From the NCBI GenBank assembly GCA_951406725.2, contig OX597830.1, forward strand, positions 55,800,001 through 55,864,000: a DNA stretch of 64,000 bases, given 5' to 3'. Shown here one piece after another: positions 12,430-24,980 of the stretch; positions within the stretch are counted from its first letter, which is position 1; each line of letters starts with the position of its first letter. Source of the stretch: Octopus vulgaris (taxonomy: Eukaryota). The notes under the pieces are model-generated. The model was not told the DNA's origin, did no database searches, and saw only the letters and a program-made list of their open reading frames with translations. The translations under genes were made by a program, and so were the position numbers.

Positions 12430-12655
12430 ATAGTATCTCAATAGAGATTATGTCAAGTTGACATAGTCTCTCAAGTTTACAACAAAGACATTCATTGGAC
12501 AATAACATGTTTTGTGGCACATCAAGGTGACAATACAGATATTGGACTTGTTCACATAAAACTGTTAATTGACAAAAAAGGACATAGCAAAGAATGAGAA
12601 AAAGACTGAGAAATACCAAGATCTGAAAAGAAAAGTTTCAAGGATGTGGAGCATA
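12430..12655 (+). mobile_element. Fragment of a non-LTR retrotransposon with restriction-like endonuclease
   Basis: Reads EKTEKYQDLKRKVSRMWS, typical of an R4/Dong-type C-terminus. Confidence 0.45.
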
Positions 12656-12849
12656 TAAAAAAAAGTGTACGTTTCTGTTTTTGACTATACAGACACACAC
12701 ATACTCACACATGGCAAACACATATATACTGAGTGTTTGGACTATGACATATGTAAACACAAGCGGCATCCAAAAATAAATGTAATTTTAAAAAATATGT
12801 AAACCCAATATCCCTTCCAAAAATGAAAGTATGCTTTAAAAATCAAAGA

Positions 12850-13275
12850 ATATCAACTAGATTACAGTTGGGGAGATAATAGTTTGCTCAAAGTAGCTGT
12901 CCTCAGCTTCCACTATGACTTCAAGACAGCTCTGGAACCTGGTGCATGCATTCCTCATCATGTCCTAGGGAAGATCTTCAAACACCTCCTTGATCTTGGC
13001 CTCCAGCTCAGCCTTGGTGGTGCAGGCAGAGTGGGTGATCTCTTGCTCAGCCACAAGCTATGCACAGTAATCCAAGGGTTACAACAGGGGAAATTAAGAG
13101 GCCAGAAACTGGGTCTATTGTAGTTGTGGAAATTCTCTAACAACCACTTCTGTCTCTTTCTGGAGGTATGGTTAAGAGTTGAATCCTGCCACCACACATA
13201 TGGCCTTCCAGCAGCAACCTTTTCCAGCCAGGACTTGACCACAGTCTCCAGCAGCTTCACATAAATCATCAGAAT
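12850..13275 (-). mobile_element. Tc1/mariner transposase remnant
   Basis: KSWLEKVAAGRPYVWWQDS..HTS...FWPLNFPCCNP, a decayed QD.AP.H / WPPNSPD.NP region. Confidence 0.75.
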
Positions 13276-13280
13276 TTTGC

Positions 13281-13325
<45 letters not shown>

Positions 13326-13729
13326 AAACACACACACTCTCTCTCTCACCAGACAATGATAAAAAGAAATCCAGACAAATTTTTTTGAAAAACAAGACTC
13401 CCACTTCAAGTGGCCACCTGATTTTACCATTATTAAAGGACAAGAATCACTTTCTATTGAAAGAACTGACCAGCTGTATAGAAGTAAACAATTTTTTCTT
13501 TTTCTCTTCCTTCTTCCTTTCCTTCTCTTTTCCATTGACAGTCCTTTCAGATACACAGGCACACATACACACACTCTCTCTCTCTCTCTCTCTCTTTCAC
13601 TCTCTTCCTCTCTCTTTCTCTCTCTCTCTCACACTTTCTCCCCATTCCTCACCCACTTACTATCCTATATCTCTCTCCACCCATACACACTCAATAATAC
13701 TATAAAAAGAGACAAATCTCCTGAAAAGA

Positions 13730-14020
13730 TTTGAAAACTGAGAGATCTAATGGATACAAATTAATTTATTAATTAATTAACATATTCACCTACAATTGTT
13801 TCATTTCACACACAAAATCAAAACTACAAAACTTACATAAATGTTTAATTTTGAATTTTATGGTCCTTGGTGATTTGCTAGCCAGGGTATTTTAAAACAC
13901 AAAATTATATATTTATATATGATTTGTAGTTTTAATGTCGTTGGTGAAATGAAACAGTTGTAGGTGGACATGTTAATTAATCAATAAATTAATTTGTGTC
14001 CATTAGATCTGTTTTCAAAC
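13730..14020. repeat. Diverged inverted repeat with GAAAC-AGTT-GTA motif (PLE-terminus-like)
   Basis: TTTGAAAAC..AGATCTAATGGATACAAATTAATTTATT versus AATAAATTAATTTGTGTCCATTAGATCTGTTTTCAAA. Confidence 0.7.
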
Positions 14021-14072
14021 TTAATAATAGTATCATGTGTAAGTGTATATATATATATATATATATATATTT

Positions 14073-14431
14073 ATTAGAAAAAAAACACCTTTTATCAATT
14101 CAATAATGAAAAATTAAATTTTACCATTACATATTATTGGAAAGTTAAATATAATATAAGACATATAACGATGATTAAGTAATTTGTAAAATAATAAATA
14201 AAATGTATATATTTGGTAGAGCACTAAGTCCACACTGTAAATACATATAGAATATATATTTATTATTTGCAAAATAATAAATAAAATATACTTTATTTAT
14301 TATTTTGCACATTACTTAATCATCGTTATATGTTTTATCTTATATTTAATCTTTCTATAAGATGTAATTTTTCTAAATGGTATAATTTAATTTTTCATTA
14401 TTGAATTGATAAAAAGTGGTTTTTTTCTAAT
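14073..14431. repeat. AT-rich inverted repeat (about 130-bp arms) between (TA)n and (ATT)n
   Basis: ATTAGAAAAAAAACACCTTTTATCAATTCAATAATGAAAAATTAAATT versus its reverse complement at about 14385-14431. Confidence 0.7.
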
Positions 14432-14518
14432 CCATATATATATTTTATATTTTGTGAAATTTGATTTAGTATTTCTAAATTGAATTTTTCCCTGGAAGTT
14501 TGGAATAATATTCCCTCA

Positions 14519-14590
<72 letters not shown>

Positions 14591-14996
14591 TATATATCTG
14601 TGTGTTTGTAGATAGATAAGTAGATATATATATACACATACATGTATACATATTTATCTGTGGCTATTGTGGTGTCGGAGTGTCACCTTCTACTTTGAGG
14701 CAGAACACTATAAATGCTTTGTCAGTTGGGATAACGACAGTAAGCAATCATGTGACTTTGTATAGAAAGAATACAACACAAAGTTTCGAAATCAATATTT
14801 CAGACCCACCTCTGTAATTCAAAGCCATTATACATGCATAATGCTTGAGGTGTTTGAACATGTGTGTCTCTTGTTGTTACTCTTATCCTCTTTGCTCTTG
14901 TTGTTGTTGTTGTTATCATTGTCATCGTTTAATACTTAGATCTAGGTCAGTTTGCTCAGGCAGGTCTGTGATCGAAAGTGTCTTAGATTTTTTTTT

Positions 14997-15200
14997 CTTT
15001 TTTACTTGTTTCAGTCATTTTGACTGTGGCCATGCTGGAGCACCGCCTTTAGTCGAGCAAATCGACACCAGAACTTATTCTTCGTAAGCCTAGCGCTTAT
15101 TCTATCGGTCTCTTTTGCCGAACCGCTTAGTTATGGGGGACATAAGCACACCACCATCGGTTGTCAAGCGATGTCCAGGGGGACAAACACAGACACACAA

Positions 15201-15255
<55 letters not shown>

Positions 15256-15418
15256 CGACGGGCTTCTTTCAGTTTCTGTCTACCGAATCCACTGACAAGG
15301 CTTTGGTCGGCCCAAGGCTATATTAGGAGACACTTGCCCAAGGAGCCAGCAGTGGGAATGAACCCAGAACCATGTGGTTGATAAGCAAGCTACTTATCAC
15401 ACAGCCACTCCTGCGCCC
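14997..15418 (-). mobile_element. Full-length tRNA-derived SINE family C (CORE-like) with internal microsatellite
   Basis: Minus: GGCGCAGGAGTGGCTGTGTG...GGTTCATTCCC...CCTTGGGCAAGTGTC...GCTCCAGCATGGCCACAGTCAAAATGACTGAAACAAGTAAAA. Confidence 0.8.
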
Positions 15419-18400
15419 ATATGATCATCTCATCTGTTAATCAGATCTAGTACACCTCGGACTACATTAACTAATGTGAATTTTCTTGTTGTTGCTGTTG
15501 TCGTTGTAGTTTAGTCCTACCTAGGTCAGCTCCGATCTAGCAGATCTGTGATCAAAAGTATCCCAGTGGTGGCCATCTTGGCTTTTTTCATTGCATCTAA
15601 AACTACCTTATTTGTTGTTCCCATTCATTGTTGTTGCAGCTGCCGCTGCTGTTGTTGCTGCAAGTGTTTTTTTTTTTTTTGCTGCTGCTGTTGTATGGTT
15701 TGACCCCGTTCCCAACATGTCTATAATCAAATATATTGCGCCCACGGACCATCCCATCAAAACTGCTTTTGAATATTCATATTTGAATATTCTCAAGTCT
15801 GACTTGGGACTAAACAATAGCAACCACAACAACAACAACAACCTCTGATGGTCAAGGACAAAAGATCAAAACCATATGTTACTCATAAAAGCCAATATGT
15901 TACTTAATAATACGTTGACACCATTAATATGATGCCATCTCACTGTTAAACAAATGAACAAAATTTAAAGACTCCAAGAGAATACCTTGCTGGAGTTCAA
16001 AAGAGACTTAGTTGGGATTAACGATGATATATTAATTGTTAAAGGGATTAGCAATGATGTTTTATGAACAATGTTAGCTTCAGCAAAATCAATACTTTGT
16101 GACACTTTTCTGTTTCTTTCTGTTTGTTTCGTGTCTCGCATTTCTTTTCTGTTTATTTAAATATGCTCTTCAACAGGACTAACAAATATATTGTCATGTC
16201 ATAACCTGCCTCTCGCTCTGCCTCGTCTTATCCCCCACCACCACCACCACCACCATCAACCACCACCACTATCAACCATACCATAGTAGCTACCATTGTA
16301 CAAAGTTGTATAGTGTTCAGACATGAACTCTCAGATATATATATATATATCATCATCATCATCATCATCGTCGTCGTTTAACATTCATCTTCCATGTTGG
16401 TATGGATTGGACAGTTTAACAGGAGCTGGCCAGGAAGGAGACTAGGCCATGCTTCTGTATCTGTTTTGGCATGGGTTTTACAGCTGGATGCCCTTCCTAA
16501 CATGAACCACTCTGCAGAGTGAGCTGAGTGCTTTTTATGTAGCACTCGCACAGATGAAGTCAGTTTTGGATGTCCTTCCAAATGTCAACTACTTTACAGT
16601 GTGGACTTAGTGCTCTGTAAGTGGCACCTGCAGTGGAAGGGTCACCAATTAACTTTGCAAGACAAGGAATCTTTGAGAGTGGCAGAGGCATTGGAGGAGG
16701 TGATCTCGTGTCAGATGATGAAAGGTTAGAGTGTGACAGAGAGACAAAAACCCATGTCTTGCTGTAGAGGTACGTGGTTACCCAGCCAGAGAGAGGGAGG
16801 GGAAGATAACAATTCTCTCTATTATAGACAGAAAGCCTGAAATTTTGGGGCAGGTTGAGTTGATTGCATGAACCCCAGTGCTCAACTGGTACTTATTTTA
16901 TCGACCCCCAATAGGATGAAAGGCAAAGCTGACTTCAGCAACATTTGAACTCACAATGTTAAAAGCCAAAAAATATGCTATTAAGCATTTTCGTCTGACA
17001 TGCTTAATAATTCTGCAAACTCATCACCTCTTAATAATACTGATCTTTCTACTACAGTACAAGGCCTGAATTTTTTTTTTTTTTTTTGTGGTTTCTTGGG
17101 TAGCATAGTCGATTACCTCAACCCCAATGCTTAACTTGTACCTTTTTCATCAACCCCGAAAGGATGAAAATTCCATCTACTTTAAGCGATTGACGCTTCC
17201 TTATAAAGCTGTCCTCCTCTCTACATATCACATGACCAAACTAGCATAGCCTCTCTCTTGCATACTACATTTGATTCCTCTTATGCCTAATTTTTTTCTC
17301 AACATATTTGCATGTTGCACATCCACTGGAGCATACTAACTTTATTTCTCCCTAGTCTTCACATGTCCTCAGCATTCAGAGGCCACATCACACTACCATG
17401 TAGCATTACTGTTTGTGGTTGGCTTCTCTTAGTTTTCTTCCACCAAATTCCCTCACAAGGCTTTTGTTGGCCTGGGGTTATAGTAAAAGACACTTGCCTA
17501 AGATGCCACACAATGAGACTGAACCTGGAACCATGTGGTTGGGAAGCAAACTTCTTAACCACACAGCCATGCCTACACAAAACAACATTGTATGTATCGT
17601 TTCTAATTTAGGCAGAGGACCAATAATTTTAATGGAGAGGTGTTACTTGATATTATCAACCCCCAAAAGGATAAAAAGCAAACCTAACCTTGGTGGGATT
17701 TGAACAAAGAATGTAAATGCCACCAATCTGCTTTACAGCCCCAGAAGATCTTGAAAGGTTATTAGCACACTGCTTTCTTCTAAATACTAGTAAGAACCAA
17801 CAAAACGGAACACAGTAACATGCATGCATCTCCACCACCACCAACACCACCCTTAGTTTCTAGACACATGTGACTCCTTAAGAAACATGATTACTGATGA
17901 CATTTGTGATAAAACTACACAACAGATTCACCTCCTATGAAATTAATGAATGTCAAGTAATTTAATTCGTTTAGCCAGAATCTCTAAATGTAAACATTTT
18001 GTAATAATGGTTTTGGGGAGGACAGGGATCTGAGAGTCACAGATATTCGTATGATTTTTTTCTTTGTTTTTATATAAATTCATGAAATAATATTAAGTGA
18101 CAGCTAAATGATTTTGTGAAAGCTTTCTTAAATGACCAGCTGTTAACTGAATCAAATTGAAGGAGCCTCTAGGTTGCTTGCTATGTGATAATTTTGTCTT
18201 AGAAAGTGCAGCCAAATCTCTCTTCAATCACACTTTACAGTTCCAAGGAGGAAGGGCATATTTGATAATGCAGTCCTTTTGGTCAAGATGGAAAAGAATA
18301 GTGCAACCAAGAAAGAATTGGAACTGCATTGTGACTAGTGGTGTATAACAGCATCTGATGGTCTGGTTGATACTGTGATGTTTGAATAGAAGAAAGAAAG

Positions 18401-18787
18401 GTCTCAAATGAAACACATTTGTCTATATGTTCATTTCATCAGAGCTTCATTAGGGTTAAACAACAAGAAGGCACATGTAGGATAATATAGTCCTTAATAC
18501 ACTTAGTCTGAATAAAAGATGAGATGGTCATGGCTGGAATGCACTCGATAATAAATCTGTTTGAACAGGGCTCAACTGGAGATAGATCAACAACAATAAG
18601 GAAGAACATATAGGTTAATGCAGTCCTTGAAATACTGATTGGAAGACAGAAAGGTCTTGGATTTAAGACCTGTGATTATAGATCCTGCCCAATCAGAACT
18701 TAATTAGGATATAATAACTCAAATTGGAAATAATAATAACGATGATGATGAGGATGATGAGGATGATCCTTTCTACTATAAGCATAA

Positions 18788-19010
18788 AGCTGGCAGAAAC
18801 GTTAGCGCGCCAGGCGAAATGCTGAGCGGTATTTCAGCTGTCGTTACGTTCTGAGTTCAAATTCCGCTGAGGTCGACTTTGCCTTTCATCCTTTCGGGGT
18901 CAATAAATAACGTACAAGTTTCGCACTGGGGTCGATATAATCGACTTAATCCGTTTGTCTGTCCTTGTTTGTCCTCTCTGTGTTTAGCCCCTTGTGGATA
19001 GTAAAGAAAC
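18788..19010 (+). mobile_element. SINE family A
   Basis: GCTGGCAGAAACGTTAGC...GTTCAAATTCC...GTAAAGAAA. Confidence 0.8.
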
Positions 19011-19257
19011 AGGTGTAGGTATGATTGATAGTAAATATATAAGAATATCACAGAGGAGAGAAAGAGTAATGACTGGCAGTACAGAAATGGTGAAAGTATG
19101 CTTTATAGATGCTTTACAGTATCAGGTTCTGATTTCACTATTTGCATTAGCAGAATAATATAGTAGACAGGAGAGTGATTGAGGGATCAAGTGATAGAGG
19201 AATGAGAAGTGGTGTTAACACTGTTATCTCACCATTTTCTTTCTATTTATTTCGAAG

Positions 19258-19422
19258 GTTGAAGCTGAGCTGCAGCTCATGGATTTCCAAAAGAAAGCAG
19301 TAGAAAATGCCACAAACCTGTTCAATATTATGGATATTAAAAATTCAACCACTAAAAGAGCATTTGAAGCCATTACAAACATTGGAACAAGTGCCTCAAC
19401 AGATACGAAAAAACTTGAGAAG
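19258..19422 (+). CDS. ACE: ACE-like exon 2 (VEAELQLMDF...IGTSASTDTKKLEK)
   Basis: Polypyrimidine tract plus AG at 19256-57, donor gtaagt at 19423, phase 0/0. Confidence 0.85.
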
Positions 19423-19534
19423 GTAAGTATTCTTACACATGTACATATATGTGTAAGTTACTGTAAATTTAGGGTGAATACTTGATAAGTGTAAGCACCT
19501 GTATATGCCAGATAGTGGCAGAGGTGAGAGGGAG

Positions 19535-19951
19535 TATATCAAATAAAATCAAATACAGAACACAAAGTATTTCGCGGTACACATGTTTCAAGCTTTATAA
19601 ACGACCCATTTTTACATCAGTGAATTTAACATTCACTCTATGTTGACTGGTGATGCAGTATGGGCAGATTTTCGAAATCCAATGAACCTTTATACAGTTA
19701 TACAGTTACGAAATTTTCCAAATGCACTTTCTCAGGGAGATATGATATACCTATTATAATGGATAATACTACATGTACTTTTCATATTTTTTATAGTGTG
19801 ATGTAACTCTTTGGAATAACAATGCATGCAGCTGAAGAGAGCTTTAAACCATCTTTTATGTCAATTATACACTGATGGAAGAATGGGTCGTTTATAAAGC
19901 TTGAAATACCACGAAATCCTTTGTGTTCTGTTTTTGATTTTATTTGATATA
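19535..19951. repeat. Inverted repeat carrying a hammerhead-like core
   Basis: 19535-19622 is the inverse of 19870-19951. Plus: GCAG-CTGAAGA-GAGCTTTA...TAAAGCTT-GAAA(deleted)TACC. The minus arm retains GAAAC-ATGT-GTA-CCGC. Confidence 0.7.
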
Positions 19952-21052
19952 TGTGTAAGTTTTGTAGTTTTGTGTTTAGAATTTTGGGCTTATGATCACA
20001 AGATTATCGTGCAATTCCAGAATCAGGCAACACATTGTATCCTTGAGCAAAGCACTTCCTTTCACATTCTTCCACTCTACTTATCTATAAATAAGCACCA
20101 GCTTAGTACTGATGTGACTCTTCCGCTCCAGCTTTAACTCTCTCTCTGTCCTAATGGATCAAGGGGGAAGAGAGAGAGAGGAGGTACTTGCGTCTCCTCA
20201 CAACTACAAAGGCATCTAAAACAACTGGTGAAAGTGTGACAATGTTACCAGATCATGTTTGGTTACAAGTGAAGGTGAAGGTTTAAGTGCATACATATGC
20301 AGATAGCTCTGCATGCATATATGTATGCATTGATATTTATGCATACATGCACATAATGTCCAGCTAAATATTTGTGTGTGTATATTATGATTTTTCTTTG
20401 GCTTCACACACACACACACACGCGCGTGCACGCGTTGAATCAGAAGTTTTGTCAGATCTTCACTGATGATTTTTGGCAACTTGCATCTCCATGTTATATC
20501 ATTAATTTGATACAACTTCTGGTCCAATCGTTGCTGAATCGGTCATTCTTTATTTTTCATATCATCATCATTATCATCATTGTTTAATGTCCGCTTTCCA
20601 TGCTAGCATGGGTTGGACGATTTAACTGAGGGCTGGCGAACCAGAGTTTCTACAGCTGGATGCCCTTCCTAATGCCAACCACTCCGAGAGTGTAGTGGGT
20701 GCTTTTACATTCCACCGGCATGGGGTCAGTCAGGCTGTACTAGCAACAACCTCGCTTGAATCTTTTACACATGCCACCAGTACAGGTGCCAGTAAGGCGA
20801 TGCTGGTAACGATCACGCTCAAATGGTGCCTTTTACATGCCACCAGCACGGAACCCAGTTAGCTGCTCTGGCAACGATCATGCTCAGATGGTAAACGTTA
20901 ATTGCTTATTCTTTATTTTACAGCTTTGATAATGAGTTGACTTCATCTATATGTATGAGTATATTCTATATACATACATGTATGTGTGTATGGGTATATT
21001 TTTATATGTATGTATAATATATATGTATAATCTCCCTCACTCATTATTTCAG

Positions 21053-21140
21053 ATTGCTAACATTGTTGCTTCCATGGGTAAAGTATATTCAAGTGCCAAA
21101 GTTAAAATGGATAATAAGGATGTACCTCTCCAACCTTATG
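21053..21140 (+). CDS. ACE: ACE-like exon 3 (IANIVASMGKVYSSAKV...PLQPY)
   Basis: tttcag acceptor, gtaagc donor, phase 0/1. M-x-x-x-YS-x-AKV motif of ACE. Confidence 0.88.
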
Positions 21141-21163
21141 GTAAGCTATTATGGTTACCATTA

Positions 21164-21207
<44 letters not shown>

Positions 21208-22246
21208 TGCATACATGTGGATGCACATATAATACATGCGCAATTTCTACAGTTGTCACCTAGCTCCCCTCCTGTTACTCATTCCTTATCTATCATTCCC
21301 CGATACACTCTTGCAGCCTCCAGCCCCGTTTTCCTACTCCCATCCCCTTCTCCACGCACTTCAACTCATGTTGTGCTCTGAGGGTTCACCTTAACACCTT
21401 ATCACCAATTCTTATCTTTTTCCAGCTAGATATACCTGTCTCCTAGCTTCTCTTCTGGCTATCTGATACAGTTCCCTAGTTCCCCCGCTCTTTCAGGCCT
21501 ACTTCATTGCTCTAATGGCCCTGTCTACAGTATTGTTCTACCAGCATGTTACCCTAGATCTTGAAGGGACTTTGCACCAGCCACAGATTTGGTCTGTGGT
21601 ACTCAGCATGCTGTCTCACAGGAATTCCCAGTTGCCCTCTGTGTCACAAGTTTATAGCTCCTCCTCCTTCTCATCAAATTTCTCAATTAGGATGTCCCTA
21701 AATCTCTGACCATATGAAGGTTCCTTAAGCTTCCAAATCCTTCTTTTCCAGATTGGTCTACTTCTTGGCATCCTTCAGGATGCCAAGAAGCAAACCAATG
21801 ACTAATCTATACTAGGAGGTACATTCTTCACCAGGGAGGGTCTTTGTATTTAAGAGCATCCATGCATCCCACTGTCTGGTGAGAATTTAATCGATCTCGC
21901 TAACAGAGTCACATGATTGATAGGTTATCAGATGGCTGGCTGGCTTTCTGAAGTTGGTGTTGCAGATAAAAAGGTTATATGCATCACAGAACTCCAGTAG
22001 CCATGGGTATATGTGTGTGTGTGTGTGTGTGTCATCAACATCATCATCATCATCATCATCGTTTAACGTCCATTTTCCATGCTAGCATGGGTTGGACTGT
22101 TTGACCAGGGTCTGGGAACCAGGAGGCTGTACCAGGTCCCAGTCTGATCTGGCAGTGTTTCTACAGCTGGATTGGATGCCCTTCCTAACGCCAACCACTC
22201 CATGAGTGTAGTGGGTGCTTTTTACGTGCCACCGACACGGAAGCCA

Positions 22247-22294
<48 letters not shown>

Positions 22295-22483
22295 GTGACC
22301 GATTATCAATCTGGGCAAAATTCTTCCTAAGCTCTCTGTTGGCACAACATGTTAACAAAATTAGAAAATTAGTTAGATTAGTCAAGAACTCCAAGTAATT
22401 TTTTGATATGACTCCAAGTTATAGTCCTTCACAATTCTGTACTATAAATCTATGGATGGGCTCCAGATATAAATATACATGTG

Positions 22484-22541
<58 letters not shown>

Positions 22542-22599
22542 CATACACACTATTACCTCAATCAATCAAATCACCATTTTTCTGTCTTTGACTTCTTAG

Positions 22600-22746
22600 G
22601 TCTGACAAGTATTATGGCCAAATCTAGAAACTACACGAAATTACAGAATGTGTGGAAGTCTTGGCGTGATGTCTCTGGTAAGGTCATCCGGAAAGATTTC
22701 ATCGAGTGGATCAAGTTATCCAATGAGGCCATTCAGGATGGCAAAT
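22600..22746 (+). CDS. ACE: ACE-like exon 4 ([12 protein letters not shown]...WKSWRD...[10 protein letters not shown])
   Basis: ttag acceptor, gtaagt donor, phase 1/1. Confidence 0.88.
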
Positions 22747-22919
22747 GTAAGTACACCAAGTCCCACCTGTTTTACACCTGCTCTGCACTCATTTTTACGA
22801 TCACCTCTGTGTTTGTTTTGTTCTCATTTTCTACTCATTTATTTCCAATTTCTTGCTTATTTTCATTTAGTTTACATGCTTGTTTCATTATTGCTTCCTA
22901 CTCATTTTCATGAGTATAT

Positions 22920-22937
22920 GTGTGTGTATACATACAT

Positions 22938-23013
<76 letters not shown>

Positions 23014-23044
23014 GTGTGTGTGTATATATATATATATGTATGTA

Positions 23045-23109
<65 letters not shown>

Positions 23110-23170
23110 GTGTGTATATATATATATGTATGTATGTGTGTGTATATATATATATATATGTATGTGTGTG

Positions 23171-23203
<33 letters not shown>

Positions 23204-23493
23204 ATATATATATATATATGTATGTGTGTGTATATATATATGTATGTGTGTGCGTATATATATATGTATGTGTGTGTGTATATATATATATGTATGTATG
23301 TGTGTGTGTGTATATATATATATGTATGTATGTGTGTGTGTGTATATATATATATATATGTATGTATGTCGTGTATATATATGTATGTATGTATGTGTGT
23401 GTATATATATATATGTATGTATGTATGTGTGTATATATATATATATTTATATATGTATGTATGTGTGTGTATATATATATATGTATGTATGTG

Positions 23494-23558
<65 letters not shown>

Positions 23559-23613
23559 ATGTATGTGTGTATATATATATGTATGTATATATATATATAT
23601 ATGTATGTATGTG

Positions 23614-23678
<65 letters not shown>

Positions 23679-23680
23679 AT
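22920..23680. repeat. Compound (TA)/(TG)/(TATG) microsatellite
   Basis: About 760 bp of low-complexity sequence; explains the long YI/CV ORFs. Confidence 0.95.
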
Positions 23681-23699
23681 TTTTTTCTTTTCTTTTTAT

Positions 23700-24220
23700 T
23701 TCATCTAGTTTCAGCTCACGAGCTGTGGCCATGCTGGGGCACCACCATTTGGTGTTGCTAAGTAATTTTACTTCACGAATGCTTTTTAGCAATTGACATT
23801 TGGTGCATGAGAGAGTTTGATGCAGCTGCCCTCATCTGCACCTCCTGCCACGAAGTTGGTTCATCTGGGACACCTGACAGGAAGAGGTCCAGCTTTATTT
23901 TGAAGACATCTGCATCCACCCCATGAAGGTCTCTCAGGTCCTTGGGGAGGATATTGAAGAGCTGTGGACCTCTAAAACCCAGGCTGTTGCAGTTTCTTGT
24001 CCTTCATCTTGATGGCAAATTTGGAGCCCTTTGCACTATGCATTGGTGCCCAGTTCTAGTATTTGTGTAACTCTCAATGCCAAAGTTTGGGACAAGTCCT
24101 TCCAGGATCTTCCAGATGTATATTATGGCATATCTTTCTCGCCTACACTCTAAGGAATAGAGTCTTAACTTTTTGAGTCTTTCCCAATAGCTTATATGCT
24201 GCATAGAGGCTATCTTCTTC
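23700..24220 (-). mobile_element. CR1/L2-like LINE 3' fragment
   Basis: SYWERLKKLRLYSLECRRERYAIIYIWKILEGLVPN. Inverted relative to the sister copy at 33030-33680. Confidence 0.75.
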
Positions 24221-24223
24221 ATA

Positions 24224-24264
<41 letters not shown>

Positions 24265-24517
24265 TCTTATATATACGTCGTATATATGTACATGTATATA
24301 TATATGTGTGTGTGTGTGTCTGTGTTTGTCTTCCCAACATTGCTAGACAACCGATGTTGGTGTGTTTACGTCCTTGTAACTTAGCGGTTTGGCAAAAGAG
24401 ACCGATAGAATAAGTACTAGGCTTACAAAGAATAAGTCCTGGGGTCGATTTGCTTGACTAAAGGCAGTGCTCCAGCATGGCTGCAGTCAAATGACTGAAA
24501 CAAGTAAAAGAGTAAAA

Positions 24518-24560
<43 letters not shown>

Positions 24561-24670
24561 ATATATATATAATTTCCAAGACAATGGTGCAGTCAGAAAA
24601 ATTTTGACCCTGTGTGTGTGTGTATGTGTGTGTATATATATATATATATATAGTATGTGGTGTGTGTATG

Positions 24671-24702
<32 letters not shown>

Positions 24703-24782
24703 TATGTATGGACAGAAGCATATAGCTTGGTCTTAATTTTCTCCTCTTATATTTTATTTCCTGACATTAAATCAAATGACAG

Positions 24783-24980
24783 CAATATCAGGTTATGATG
24801 ACCTCGGACAATTTTGGCGCTCAGTATATGGGTCTAGCATCGAAAAGGATGTCGAAGATTTACTGAATCAGATAATGCCCTTGTACAAGCTATTCCATGC
24901 ATATGTTCGGAGGAAACTAAAGGAAAAATATGGCAAAGAACATTTTCCAAGCTCCGGAACAATTCCAGCACATCTTTTAG
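24783..24980 (+). CDS. ACE: ACE-like exon 5 (SISGYDDLGQFWRSVY...PLYKLFHAYVRRKL...IPAHLL)
   Basis: HAYVRRKL and PAHLLG motifs, donor gtaagt at 24981. The acceptor is either 24782 or the in-frame AG at 24791. Confidence 0.88.

Noticed and set aside
22738-22746. GC-type donor after CAG GAT G giving QDG|YDD
   Set aside because: Poor consensus (gcaaat), with a perfect gtaagt donor 6 nt downstream. It cannot be fully excluded without RNA data.
22648-23796. Long ORFs of 250-380 aa (also 44811-45779 and 3125-3687)
   Set aside because: YI/CV/HT repeats are translations of TA/TG microsatellites that lack stop codons.
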